DNA from: Eubacteriales bacterium
GTDB taxonomy: Bacteria; Bacillota; Clostridia; Oscillospirales; CAG-272
DNA: 64,000 nt
Assembly: GCA_045635225.1 (NCBI GenBank)
Contig: JAZRBV010000024.1
Location: forward strand, 49,989-113,988
Direction of reading: 5' to 3'
The notes below the pieces were generated by a model. The model had not been told where the DNA came from. It did no database searches and saw only the letters and a program-made list of their open reading frames with translations. The position numbers and the translations under genes were made by a program. Of this stretch, positions 39,699 through 49,689 are shown piece after piece (the stretch's first letter is position 1; each line of letters starts with the position of its first letter).

Positions 39699-40715
39699 TC
39701 AGTCGGGATAACCGTCAGGATTCATCTTCTGCCATCTTGCAGAATCCTCACACATCTTTTTGAGATCGCGCTCTGCGTGCCAGCCGAGCACATTGTATGC
39801 CTTCGTAGGATCGGCATAGCACTCTGCAATATCGCCCGGACGGCGCGGACCGATCTTATACTTAACAGGACTGCCCCATACTTCGCCGAATGCACGGACC
39901 ATCTCGAGAACGGAATATCCGTTGCCCGTACCAACGTTGAAGTAATCAATACCCTTGTTCGATGCAGTGTAACCGAGAGCCTTCAGGTGAGCGAGCGCGA
40001 GGTCAACGACGTGAATGAAGTCGCGAACGCCGGTGCCGTCCTTAGTATCGTAGTCGTCACCAAACACACTGAGACACTCAAGCTTGCCGGCAGCAACCTT
40101 TGCAATATAAGGAAGAAGGTTGTTGGGAATACCGCGGGGATCCTCGCCAATCAGACCGGACTCGTGAGCTCCGATAGGGTTGAAGTAACGAAGGACGCAT
40201 ACCGAGAGCTCGGGGTTTGCAGCAGCGGTATCCTTGAGGATACGCTCGATCATAAGCTTGGTCTCGCCGTATGGGTTGGTCGTAGAGAGCGGGAAATCCT
40301 CGCTGATAGGCACAGACTTCGGAAGTCCGTACACGGTTGCGGAGGAGCTGAAAACTATTCTGTATACCTTGTGCGCAAGCATACACTCGAGGAGATTAAA
40401 AGTTCCTGTCAGATTGTTGTGATAGTAAAGAAGAGGGAGTGAACAAGACTCACCTACCGCCTTCAAACCTGCGAAATGAATCACAGAGTCGATATCGGGA
40501 TTCTCCACGAAAACCTTATCAAGGGTTTCTTTATCTAGCAGATCACACTTAACGAATACAGGTCGCTTGCCGGTTATGGTCTCGATCCTGTCAAGCACAC
40601 AAAGCTTGCTGTTGGATAAATTATCAACGATGATTACCTTCTCGCCGACATTAAGTAATTCGCAAACGGTGTGAGAGCCGATATAGCCCGTACCGCCCGT
40701 AACTAAAATTGCCAT
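39699..40715 (-). CDS. galE: UDP-glucose 4-epimerase
   Basis: GGTGYIGSH, KAVGES, SSSATVYG, YGETK, LRYFNP, RDFIHV. Confidence 0.95.
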   Translation of the reverse strand: MAILVTGGTGYIGSHTVCELLNVGEKVIIVDNLSNSKLCVLDRIETITGKRPVFVKCDLLDKETLDKVFVENPDIDSVIHFAGLKAVGESCSLPLLYYHNNLTGTFNLLECMLAHKVYRIVFSSSATVYGLPKSVPISEDFPLSTTNPYGETKLMIERILKDTAAANPELSVCVLRYFNPIGAHESGLIGEDPRGIPNNLLPYIAKVAAGKLECLSVFGDDYDTKDGTGVRDFIHVVDLALAHLKALGYTASNKGIDYFNVGTGNGYSVLEMVRAFGEVWGSPVKYKIGPRRPGDIAECYADPTKAYNVLGWHAERDLKKMCEDSARWQKMNPDGYPD

Positions 40716-40889
40716 TGCATAACTCCTATCTTGGACAGTATTTGATTTACATATATATTTTATAATATACTGTATATTGTTTCAATGGAAAATTGCATAA
40801 CAATTTGTAAAATAAAGCAAAATGCGTAATATTATACAAATTATATAAAACAAAAAGAGCAGACAGTGCCTACTCTTTTTTGTATTAAA

Positions 40890-41168
40890 TTAGTCAGCGT
40901 AAACGCTAACCTGCTTCTTGCCGCCGGTGATGTGCTCGAACTTAACCTTACCGTCGATAAGTGCGAAGAGAGTATCGTCAGAACCGATACCTACGTTAGT
41001 ACCGGGATGAATCTTCGTGCCGCGCTGTCTTACGATGATGTTGCCGGCAATAACTGCCTGACCATCAGCCTTCTTAACACCAAGACGCTTGGACTCGGAA
41101 TCACGACCGTTCTTAGTAGAACCAACGCCCTTCTTGTGAGCGAAGAACTGTAAACTGAGCTTTAACAT
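40890..41168 (-). CDS. rpmA: 50S ribosomal protein L27 with Prp-cleaved N-terminal extension
   Basis: [24 protein letters not shown]. Confidence 0.97.
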   Translation of the reverse strand: MLKLSLQFFAHKKGVGSTKNGRDSESKRLGVKKADGQAVIAGNIIVRQRGTKIHPGTNVGIGSDDTLFALIDGKVKFEHITGGKKQVSVYAD

Positions 41169-41216
41169 TTCGTGTACCTCCATATTTATTCGTGGCATAT
41201 GCCAATGCAAGTGTGC

Positions 41217-41573
41217 TTAAATTTCCCTTTCGATCTCACAAACATCGAGGTAATCGTAATAATCCTCAACGAGATCCATAAGTTGGAAAAAGTAAGCCTG
41301 TATAAGACCCGAGATAGCATACTGCTTTTTCTCATCCTTCTCATATTTAGGAAGAGCGGACTTGGCAATAAGACGGATATCGGTGGTTTTCTCATCAATG
41401 GTATACTCAACCTCCGATGCATAGGAAACCTCGATCGAATTAATGATGAGCATAGTCATAGCGGAAAGCGCCGAGCAAAGAATATCATCACCCGATTCTG
41501 CGAATCCGGTGTGTCCCTGCTCCTCAAAGCCGTAATAGAAGCCGCCGGTCTTATAAAAAGTGATTGTTGTCAT
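41217..41573 (-). CDS. prp: Ribosomal-processing cysteine protease Prp
   Basis: GHTGF..GDDILCSALS; lies between rplU and rpmA. Confidence 0.9.
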   Translation of the reverse strand: MTTITFYKTGGFYYGFEEQGHTGFAESGDDILCSALSAMTMLIINSIEVSYASEVEYTIDEKTTDIRLIAKSALPKYEKDEKKQYAISGLIQAYFFQLMDLVEDYYDYLDVCEIEREI

Positions 41574-41581
41574 TTTTAGAA

Positions 41582-41890
41582 TCAGCCCTCGATCTTTTCG
41601 ATCTGGATCTTAGTATAGTCCTGACGATGACCGATCTTCTTCTTCTCGTTCTTCTTGGACTTGTACTTGATAACGTCGATCTTCTTGGACTTGCCATTCT
41701 TAACAACGTTTGCAACAACAGTTGCACCTGCTACATAAGGAGTACCAACAGACAGGGTCTCACCGTTTACGCAGAGAACCTTGTCAAACGTAACCTTCTC
41801 GCCTTCTGCAACGCCAAGCTTCTCTACGAAGATAACGTCACCCTCGGCAACCTTGTACTGCTTTCCACCTGTTACGAAAATAGCGAACAT
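41582..41890 (-). CDS. rplU: 50S ribosomal protein L21
   Basis: [17 protein letters not shown]. Confidence 0.97.
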   Translation of the reverse strand: MFAIFVTGGKQYKVAEGDVIFVEKLGVAEGEKVTFDKVLCVNGETLSVGTPYVAGATVVANVVKNGKSKKIDVIKYKSKKNEKKKIGHRQDYTKIQIEKIEG

Positions 41891-41973
41891 GAAAAAGCAC
41901 CTCACTTTCGTGTAAAATCGCTATCATAGGCGTCGGTCAAAAGACCGCACTTGCCGAGCCTATCAATAAGCGT
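41891..41973 (-). promoter_or_regulatory. Putative L21 ribosomal leader RNA
   Basis: Structured 5' leader (ATAGGC/GCCTAT and CGGTC/GACCG stems) between TTGACA-17-TATAAT (41980-42008) and rplU. Confidence 0.6.
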
Positions 41974-42099
41974 CGTAATATTATAACACTACTGCGGTTA
42001 TTTGTCAATAGGTTTTTGAAAAAAACTTTCATTTCAAAAAACTTTCATTATTTATTATATAACGAAAAGGAGAGCCGCTGTGACTCTCCTTTTTGGCTA

Positions 42100-42546
42100 T
42101 TATTTCTCGCAAGCGTCGCAATCGGAGCAATCTCCGTCGCAGATCTCAACCTCGCCGATCTTCTCACCGCAAGCAGGACATACAATGTCCTCGGGATCGA
42201 GAGAGTCGTCGAAGCATACCATCTCGCCACATGAGGGACACTCGATCTCGTAGTACTCAGAGTCATCGTCGTCCTCGTACTCCTCATCGTCGTTAAGATC
42301 ATCGTAATCCTCATAATCTTCGTCATCGAAGTAAAGTTCCTCCTCTACCTCTCCGAGATCATGGTCGAGCTCCTCAACGTACTCGTGAAGCTCCTTATTA
42401 TCGTCCTCGAGTGCCTTGATCTTATCCGCCATATCGCCGATAAGGTCAAGCATCGCGCCGATGAGCTTTGCCTCCTTGGAGGTGTTGTCAAGCTCGTAGC
42501 CGTCAAAGAGGCCCTTGAGATATGCTGCATTCTCTGTAATTCCCAT
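42100..42546 (-). CDS. CD1247-like acidic protein with C-terminal zinc ribbon
   Basis: AYLKGL N-terminus, Asp/Glu tract, CPSC and CPAC; located after efp as in other clostridia. Confidence 0.75.
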   Translation of the reverse strand: MGITENAAYLKGLFDGYELDNTSKEAKLIGAMLDLIGDMADKIKALEDDNKELHEYVEELDHDLGEVEEELYFDDEDYEDYDDLNDDEEYEDDDDSEYYEIECPSCGEMVCFDDSLDPEDIVCPACGEKIGEVEICDGDCSDCDACEK

Positions 42547-42613
42547 AACTATTCTCCTATCTGAAATTTAATGTAAAATGCTCCCCTTGAGAACGGAGAG
42601 CATTTTGCGTTAT

Positions 42614-43171
42614 TTAAGCTCTTTCGAGATACTCACCGGTTCTGGTGTCGATTCTGAGGAGATCGCCCTCGTTGATGAAGATCGGAACCTTAACTACTGC
42701 GCCGGTCTCAAGAACTGCTTCCTTGGTAACGTTGGTAGCGGTATCGCCACGAACGCCGGGCTCGGTTTCGGTAACTGCAAGCTCCACAAATGTAGGAGGC
42801 TCTACGGAGAATACGCTACCCTTCCAGGAAGAGATACGGCAAACGGTATTTTCCTTAACAAACTTGAAGTTGTCGCCGAGCTTATCTGCGTTGAGAGGAA
42901 TCTGCTCGTAGGACTCGGGATCCATGAAGTAGTAGAGCTCGCCGTCGGTGTAAAGATACTCAAGATCCTTACGCTCGATAACTGCGTTCTCAAACTTTGC
43001 AGTGGGGTTGAAGGACGCCTCACGGATAGCTCCGGTTACAACGTCTCTGTACTTGGTTCTTACGAAAGCAGCGCCCTTACCGGGTTTTACGTGCTGGAAT
43101 TCGATAACCTGGTATACCTTACCCTCCATCTCGAAGGTAACGCCATTCTTGAAATCACCTGCTGTTAACAT
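42614..43171 (-). CDS. efp: Elongation factor P
   Basis: [24 protein letters not shown]. Confidence 0.97.
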   Translation of the reverse strand: MLTAGDFKNGVTFEMEGKVYQVIEFQHVKPGKGAAFVRTKYRDVVTGAIREASFNPTAKFENAVIERKDLEYLYTDGELYYFMDPESYEQIPLNADKLGDNFKFVKENTVCRISSWKGSVFSVEPPTFVELAVTETEPGVRGDTATNVTKEAVLETGAVVKVPIFINEGDLLRIDTRTGEYLERA

Positions 43172-43362
43172 AATTTACTTCCTTTTCTGTCATTTGGCGA
43201 AAATTTCCGCGTTGCGTGCGATTCGCCATGACCTTATTTTTTAACAGTGCACACAGTGCACATAGTTTACGCAAATATTTTACTATAAAAGATTGAATTT
43301 TGCAATAGGTATTTGAATATTTTTTTGAAAAACGGCTATTTTTTTCACAAAAAACGCTAAAA

Positions 43363-44433
43363 TTACAGTATTTCAATTAGTTCCTTAGTGGAATGAGTGA
43401 AATTGTAGACGCCATCGTCCTCGATTTTTACCATGTCCTCGATTCGACAACCGTATTTACCGAAGAGGTATATACCCGGCTCTACGGTGAGTATCTCACC
43501 CGTACGAAGCTTTCTGCCGAAGGAACGGAAGGAAAGACTCGGCGCCTCGTGAATGAAGAGACCGACGGAATGTCCGAGCGAGTGACCGAAAGCTCCGTCG
43601 TACTCGGTGTGAGAGTAGATGATGTCGCGCGCGACCTTATCAGCCTCACCCGCATCAACTCCCGCTTTCAGAAAATCAAGAGCGGCAAGCTGAGCCTGTA
43701 GCACCGTGTTGTAGAGCTTTTTCATCTCTGCATCAGCGCGACCGATAACGATGGTACGTGTCATATCCGAGCAGTATCCGCCGCACTTTGCGCCGTAATC
43801 GAGTGTCAGGAATCCCGATTTAAGCTTGACGTTTCTCGGTGTACCGTGAGGTAGAGAGGATGCATCGCCCGAAACTGCTATCGTGTCAAAGGCTATGGCG
43901 TCTGCCCCGCTCTTACGCATGGCGTACTCAAGCTCTACGGAGACGTCAAGCTCGGTCATATTTGGAGTTATCATCTTCAAAAGATGGCTGAATGCTGCGT
44001 CTGCGATATCCTGCGCCTTCTGCATCTTTTCTATCTCATCCTGAGTTTTAAGCTGGCGGATAACCTCAATAGTGTTGCCGATATCTACGAGCTTACACAT
44101 AGGATATTTCTCGCAGTAGCCAACGTACGTGTTATAGGACACAAAGCCACCCTCAAAGCCGATGGCCTTTACGGAATTGTCGGATATGACCTTTGTAATA
44201 TAGGTCTGTCTATCAGAATCCATGGTCACTTTGAACTCGGGATTCGCAGAACCGAGCGCCATCTCATAATATCTGAAATCCGTGAGAAGGTGTGCCTCGT
44301 TATGCGTAACGAAAAGGAGACCGTCGGTGAAGGCGAAATCCGAAAGATAGTGCTGGTTGAGCTCGTCGAGAACTATTACGGCATCAACGCCGATATCCTT
44401 CATTGCGGCTCTTAATTTTTCAAGCTTTGTCAT
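43363..44433 (-). CDS. Xaa-Pro aminopeptidase (M24)
   Basis: TDFRY, LPHG, YCSDMTRT, HSLGHSVG, HEAP, EPGIY, RIED. Confidence 0.92.
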   Translation of the reverse strand: MTKLEKLRAAMKDIGVDAVIVLDELNQHYLSDFAFTDGLLFVTHNEAHLLTDFRYYEMALGSANPEFKVTMDSDRQTYITKVISDNSVKAIGFEGGFVSYNTYVGYCEKYPMCKLVDIGNTIEVIRQLKTQDEIEKMQKAQDIADAAFSHLLKMITPNMTELDVSVELEYAMRKSGADAIAFDTIAVSGDASSLPHGTPRNVKLKSGFLTLDYGAKCGGYCSDMTRTIVIGRADAEMKKLYNTVLQAQLAALDFLKAGVDAGEADKVARDIIYSHTEYDGAFGHSLGHSVGLFIHEAPSLSFRSFGRKLRTGEILTVEPGIYLFGKYGCRIEDMVKIEDDGVYNFTHSTKELIEIL

Positions 44434-45277
44434 TTTTTAGTACCTCGTAATATTTTTTCATTGCAAGTGCATCACGTGATTGCGTGCCCGCTGATTCACA
44501 TATAATTGTAGGAGTGAGACTGTTTTTTACGATTGCCTCTATAAGAGGCTCAAAGCACGGACCGTAGACATCATCATCAAAGGTCAGATGCTTTTTCTCT
44601 CCGCCGCCCGTCCACTCGATCTTTGAAAAGTGGCAGTGCAGATTTTTAGCGACGTATGCACCGCAAGCACGGTCGATTTTATCAAAAACACGCAGATAAT
44701 CATCGGCAGTTTTAAATACGCCACCGAGATCTCGGGCATTGAGATGTCCAAAATCAACTACCGGAACGAATGCCGGATCGATTCTGCAAAGCTCTAGCAC
44801 CTCGTCGAGAGTGCCTAGCTGATTGATCTTGCCCATAGTTTCTAGACCGATATTTATGCCGTGTGTATCCACCTCGCCGAGCGTTCTGACCAACGTGTCG
44901 GAGGCAAGTCGCATAGCCTCGTCTCGGGATATTTTTGCCGCCGATCCGCAATGGACCACTATTGTTTTTGCACCCAAAAGATGTGCAGCATCCAGGCTCT
45001 CGCGAATATATTTTATGCTGTTCAGTCGTTTTTCCTCAACCACACCGGAAAGCGAAATAAAATATGGAGTGTGGAATGACATGCTGATGCCACGTGATTT
45101 TGCCTCGCTGCCGAGCGCAGCAAGCATTGCAGGTGATGCAGAAAGACCGTTGCCGGCCTCATACTCGTATGCATCAAGACCTATCTCGCACAGCCATGCA
45201 GGAGCATCAAGCGTTGACGTATGGCCCGCCTTGCGAAAATCGTCACTGTTTCCGCCGGGTCCGAAATATGCTTTCAT
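44420..45277 (-). CDS. nfo: Endonuclease IV-like TIM-barrel protein
   Basis: HTPYFISL, VVH, ETMGK, DFGH, HCHFS, EKKH, ICES. Confidence 0.8.
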   Translation of the reverse strand: MKAYFGPGGNSDDFRKAGHTSTLDAPAWLCEIGLDAYEYEAGNGLSASPAMLAALGSEAKSRGISMSFHTPYFISLSGVVEEKRLNSIKYIRESLDAAHLLGAKTIVVHCGSAAKISRDEAMRLASDTLVRTLGEVDTHGINIGLETMGKINQLGTLDEVLELCRIDPAFVPVVDFGHLNARDLGGVFKTADDYLRVFDKIDRACGAYVAKNLHCHFSKIEWTGGGEKKHLTFDDDVYGPCFEPLIEAIVKNSLTPTIICESAGTQSRDALAMKKYYEVLKNDKA

Positions 45278-45291
45278 ATTTTCTCCTATTC

Positions 45292-46965
45292 TTATTCTGC
45301 CGAATAATATATCTTTAGTTTTAATGATTTGGAATTGTTTTTAGGAATGAAATCGACGAAGTACGCCGTGACGTATCTTCCGGTGTCCGATATACCGATA
45401 GAGTATCTGGTCTCAAACTCCGCGGTAGATACCTTTACGTCGACAGGCTGGTCGGCAACTATCCTGCCACGACCTACCCTCACTCCGTTATCTATCACGC
45501 AAGGCTTGATACGGAGCGCGATCCTATCGATGAAGGTGTGAGCATCCGATGCTCTGTCGAGAACCTCTATACCGGTTTCCGTAGAAGTGATGTCGCGAAT
45601 GATGGCACGCGGCTCTAAGCCGTATGCACCCGAGAGATCGATTTCAATCCCCTGCCCGTCTACGCGCAGGATTTCAGCGCGATGCTCCTTACCCGGAAGC
45701 TGTGCGCCGCCGTCGACCAGCGGGACGCTGTGACCGAGAGAGGATGCACATATATAGTCATAGCGCTTTGTTTTATCAAAATATGACATATCGTACTCAG
45801 GCCAGCCGAGATCGTCAACTATATACTCGCCGTTAGCGTAGAAAACGAACGAGCCAATATCGTTGTGGTTGTGAGGCTCGTCATTGTGACCTCCCTTGGC
45901 GGCAAGCGTATAAGCTGAAGTGCGCTTGATATACCACTCGGCATTCTCGTAATACTTGAAGAAACTCTCCGCACCATCGGCAGTGAATCCCTTAGTCCAA
46001 AGAAGATTTCGCACCATATCGGGACATCTCCAGCGTAGATCGTAACCCGAGCGCACGGCACTCGACTCAGGGATCATAGGAAAACCGTACCGCACGGAAA
46101 GAAGAGTGATAAGCCCCGGGTGAAGATGTAACAGATGCCCGGAATCTGAGAAAGGTACTGTGTACGGAGGATCAACAAAGGCATAGCGGTAAAACTCCGC
46201 CATACGTCTGACCTTCTCGCTTTTGAAAAGATCTACCTTGCCGCCTGTGTGATTGCATATGATATCGGCAGCGTAAGCAAAATAGCCGAAGCCATAGCGC
46301 CAATAGAGCACGCCCTCCATGCAGGCTCCATCCTCTGTGTAGCTATCGATGAATATATTTAATCCGTGTACTATCTTATCAAGCGATTCATCAAACTCAT
46401 CTCGAAGTCCAAGCTCGATCATAGACATCGCAACACAACCGTTGCATATAGCCGACCAGTTATTATTGCCGTAGTTTTTGTCAGAGCTCATATAAGGCTC
46501 GATGACGCGCTCGATAACATTATGCCTGACCTCCTCGGTAATCCTCGAGGGGAGGCGTTCGCCAAGAAGGAACAAGCACTCGGAGAGCTCCTGTGCCGTT
46601 TCTGCAGCAAAAAGATCTACCGTGTGTCGCATCGTGAGAAACGAATCGCTCTTGTTGACATGTGCCGGAAACGCCCAAACGCTCTCCTGACAGATAGCAT
46701 CGAGTATATCGGAAAGCGCATTTATCCAACGCTCGTCGCTATCGACAAGCGCCATAGCGAAGAAGTACCAGAGCTTGCGTCGATGCTCCATATAAAGAGT
46801 CTCGTATTCGACTCTGCTACCGGTTGCAAATGAGCGTTCAAATTCACTGAACGGAAGCACGTACGTAGGTGAGGAGAGCAACTTCTCTGCCTCGGCTCTA
46901 GTGTCGGAAACAAATTCACGTATCCACTTACTATCGTACAATTCGGTATCGCGTGTCAAATTCAT
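45292..46965 (-). CDS. Heparinase II/III-family (oligosaccharide lyase-like) protein
   Basis: WAFPAH, DLFAAET, NNWSAIC, DGACMEGVLYW.YG, KGGHNDEPHNHNDIGSF, GHSVP; no signal peptide. Confidence 0.8.
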   Translation of the reverse strand: MNLTRDTELYDSKWIREFVSDTRAEAEKLLSSPTYVLPFSEFERSFATGSRVEYETLYMEHRRKLWYFFAMALVDSDERWINALSDILDAICQESVWAFPAHVNKSDSFLTMRHTVDLFAAETAQELSECLFLLGERLPSRITEEVRHNVIERVIEPYMSSDKNYGNNNWSAICNGCVAMSMIELGLRDEFDESLDKIVHGLNIFIDSYTEDGACMEGVLYWRYGFGYFAYAADIICNHTGGKVDLFKSEKVRRMAEFYRYAFVDPPYTVPFSDSGHLLHLHPGLITLLSVRYGFPMIPESSAVRSGYDLRWRCPDMVRNLLWTKGFTADGAESFFKYYENAEWYIKRTSAYTLAAKGGHNDEPHNHNDIGSFVFYANGEYIVDDLGWPEYDMSYFDKTKRYDYICASSLGHSVPLVDGGAQLPGKEHRAEILRVDGQGIEIDLSGAYGLEPRAIIRDITSTETGIEVLDRASDAHTFIDRIALRIKPCVIDNGVRVGRGRIVADQPVDVKVSTAEFETRYSIGISDTGRYVTAYFVDFIPKNNSKSLKLKIYYSAE

Positions 46966-47465
46966 TGCTTCTGCTCCTTTCTGTACTTAGCCACGAATGG
47001 GCGCTCAAGCCATCTTTTGAAGCGAGTCAAGAAGCCGGTCTTATCCTTTATCGGCGGTACAAGCACCGCCCTGATGCCCGCGTTATGAGCCGCCCAGACA
47101 TCGGTAAAAATCTGATCACCGATGAATATTGCATTAGCAGGAACGGCGCCTAGATCACTGAGCGCCCGTTTAACCTTGCCGGCAAACGGCTTTGCGGACA
47201 TATAGTATGCAGGCATTCCTATATCAGCGTTAAAGGTTTCAACCCTCTTTCTATTATTATTGGAAACTATTGCTGTTACGATACCGGCGGCGCGAAGCTC
47301 CGAAAGCCACGCGCGGACTCTGTCACCCGGCTCGGCGTTTTCATAGGGCTCAAGTGTATTATCGATATCAAGTATTACGGCGCACACTGAGATTTCCTTT
47401 AGAAACTCGCTTGTCACCGCATCAAACGTGGGAAAGATATAGTCCGGTATCAGATTTAAGCTCAT
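46962..47465 (-). CDS. yqeG: YqeG-family HAD IIIA phosphatase
   Basis: DIDNTL, VSNN, AKP, IGDQIFTDV. Confidence 0.88.
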   Translation of the reverse strand: MSLNLIPDYIFPTFDAVTSEFLKEISVCAVILDIDNTLEPYENAEPGDRVRAWLSELRAAGIVTAIVSNNNRKRVETFNADIGMPAYYMSAKPFAGKVKRALSDLGAVPANAIFIGDQIFTDVWAAHNAGIRAVLVPPIKDKTGFLTRFKRWLERPFVAKYRKEQKQ

Positions 47466-47574
47466 ATTTACTCCATAATTCGTATTTATCGCTAATATTA
47501 TAGTATAATTCGAGGCGTGTGTCAAGACTGTGAAAGTATTTATAAAATTTTAAATAATTATTTTCTAAAAGGGG

Positions 47575-47603
47575 TTGACAAATAAAAAGTTTTATGTTAT
47601 TAT
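47575..47603 (+). promoter_or_regulatory. Sigma-A promoter of the tRNA pair
   Basis: TTGACA-17 bp-TATTAT with extended TG. Confidence 0.75.
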
Positions 47604-47623
47604 ATATAGGCTGAAAACGAAAT

Positions 47624-47697
<74 letters not shown>

Positions 47698-47704
47698 AAA
47701 GCAC

Positions 47705-47780
47705 GCGCCCTTAGCTCAGTGGATAGAGTGCCCGGCTACGAACCGGTAGGTCGAAGGTTCGAATCCTCCAGGGCGCGCCA
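47705..47780 (+). tRNA. tRNA-Arg (ACG)
   Basis: GCGCCCTTAGCTCAGTGGATAGAG..CCCGG CTACGAA CCGGT..GGTTCGAATCCTCCAGGGCGCGCCA. Confidence 0.93.
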
Positions 47781-47942
47781 AAGACGGTAAGCGATAGCTT
47801 GCCGTCTTTTCTTTTATTTGTACGGTATGACGACAAAAGAGTGTTTGTATGCTCAACTGTGTATTTTTTTAAACTTTTTGCTCAAACTATTGAAAAAATC
47901 AGATACTTAGTGTATAATATTATAAAAAATGAGGGTAAAGTT

Positions 47943-48836
47943 ATGCCAAAATACGAACAAACCACAGAGCACAGATTTGAAAAGCTGATAGATATAAGTG
48001 CGCTGTCCTCAATACATTACTTTGAGTTTGACGACAACTTCGTCGACACCCCCGAGGAGCACGAGCCGTGGGAGCTCGTCTACGTAGACAGAGGTCAATG
48101 CAATATCATCTCCGATGGTTCCACTATTCCCTTGCGTCAGGGTGAAATGTATTTTCATAAGCCGCATGAGGTTCATATGCTCGAGACTGTTAAGGGCGTC
48201 GGACCTAATATATTCATCGTAACCTTTTATTCCTCTTCACCGTCGATGAAATATTTTGAGAAAAGAAAGCTTACTGCTTCAATGTCTACAAAGCAACATA
48301 TTGCGGCAATAATACACGAGGCATCCAGCACGTTTGACCTCCCATTCAACAATCCCGTAATGCAGAGTCTGAAGCTCAAGAGCGAGGGCGCACTGTGGGG
48401 TGGAGAGCAAAGCGTTATGCTTAGGCTGGAGCTTATGCTCATAGAGATCGTTCGCGAAAATCATTACTACATAGACAAAAAGCGCATGTTTGTGAGCAAG
48501 GATATCATTGACGACGAGTTCGCGCTTAAGATAATTGACTTTATGGAGGAGCGACTTTACGGCAAGTTCACGATGGACGAGCTGAGTCACGAGATGTCTT
48601 TCGGCAAGACCTATATCTCCAGATGCTTCAGCCGCGCGTGCGGATACTCCATAATAGACTACTATAACAGAATGAAAATAAACGAGGCAAAGCGCCTAAT
48701 ACGCGAAACAAAATACAATTTCTTCGAGATATCCGAGATGCTGATGTTCACAAACTCGCATTACTTCTCTACGGTATTTAAGAAAAACACCGGTATGACA
48801 CCGTCGCAGTATAAACAATCCTGCAAAAAGGAATAA
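47943..48836 (+). CDS. AraC-family transcriptional regulator (cupin + HTH)
   Basis: HEPWELVYVDRG cupin; EAKRLIRE, YFSTVFKKNTGMTPSQY. Confidence 0.9.
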   Translation: MPKYEQTTEHRFEKLIDISALSSIHYFEFDDNFVDTPEEHEPWELVYVDRGQCNIISDGSTIPLRQGEMYFHKPHEVHMLETVKGVGPNIFIVTFYSSSPSMKYFEKRKLTASMSTKQHIAAIIHEASSTFDLPFNNPVMQSLKLKSEGALWGGEQSVMLRLELMLIEIVRENHYYIDKKRMFVSKDIIDDEFALKIIDFMEERLYGKFTMDELSHEMSFGKTYISRCFSRACGYSIIDYYNRMKINEAKRLIRETKYNFFEISEMLMFTNSHYFSTVFKKNTGMTPSQYKQSCKKE

Positions 48837-48861
48837 CCGATAAAAAGGCAGTATGTAAGAG

Positions 48862-48905
48862 TGATATGCACCTCCAAAAGTGTCTAACTTTTGGGGTGCA
48901 TATCA
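48862..48905. mobile_element. 44-bp relic resembling abutted IS3-family terminal inverted repeats
   Basis: TGATATGCACCTCCAAAAG-TGTCTAA-CTTTTGGGGTGCATATCA with TG...CA termini. Confidence 0.45.
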
Positions 48906-48939
48906 ATGACACACTGCCTTTTTTTATTTAATTTAAACA

Positions 48940-49689
48940 TCAATACGGTAGAATGAGGGGCGGTACGTATTTATCCTTATAAGCGACGGCGAGTGACGCT
49001 GCGGCAATCTCGCGCGGCTTCATCTGTCTAAGAAGTGCGGCACACGCTCCAACAGACGAGCCGGTGGTAATTACGTCGTCGACGATTATCACTATCTTGC
49101 CTGTGAGATCAAGTTGACGCTTTATACGGAACTTAGCATTGATACGGCGTTCCTCCTCCCGCTTCGCCTTCTGCGGTGTGCGAGCACAAGAGCGCAGAAG
49201 ATCGGCATACTCGGCACCGAGCTTTCTTGCTGTGGCGCGTGCAAGGCGCGCCGCGTGATCGTAACCGAACTTAACTATAGCCAAATTTCTTCTGGGAACG
49301 TTAGTAAAAATCACGTCATCGAAGCTCTCGAAGGTGTTACGTATAGCCTCGCAGAGCACATCGGACGCATATTCCGTAACGTCGAATCTGTCGTCCTCCT
49401 TCAAACTGTATATGAGTCTGTTGGCGGTGAGATTCTCATCACGGTTTTTATATCTGAACACCTTGACGACGCGCTTTACTTTCATAGACTCAAGATATTC
49501 GCACGAGCATGAGCACTTCGATAGAATATTATTGCAAACAGAGCAATTTCGCGATGCAATTTCTCTGAATTCGATAGAACATTCCGGGCAGAAAGCCATA
49601 TCGTGCTTATCGATACGTTTTCCGCATGAAATGCAACACGGAACCGAAAGGTAGAAAAGTATATCGCGAAATATGCTTTTGATCGTCAT
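48940..49689 (-). CDS. comF: ComF-family protein (zinc ribbon + PRTase)
   Basis: N-terminal CxxC pairs, GYDHA, IVDDVITTGSS. Confidence 0.85.
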   Translation of the reverse strand: MTIKSIFRDILFYLSVPCCISCGKRIDKHDMAFCPECSIEFREIASRNCSVCNNILSKCSCSCEYLESMKVKRVVKVFRYKNRDENLTANRLIYSLKEDDRFDVTEYASDVLCEAIRNTFESFDDVIFTNVPRRNLAIVKFGYDHAARLARATARKLGAEYADLLRSCARTPQKAKREEERRINAKFRIKRQLDLTGKIVIIVDDVITTGSSVGACAALLRQMKPREIAAASLAVAYKDKYVPPLILPY

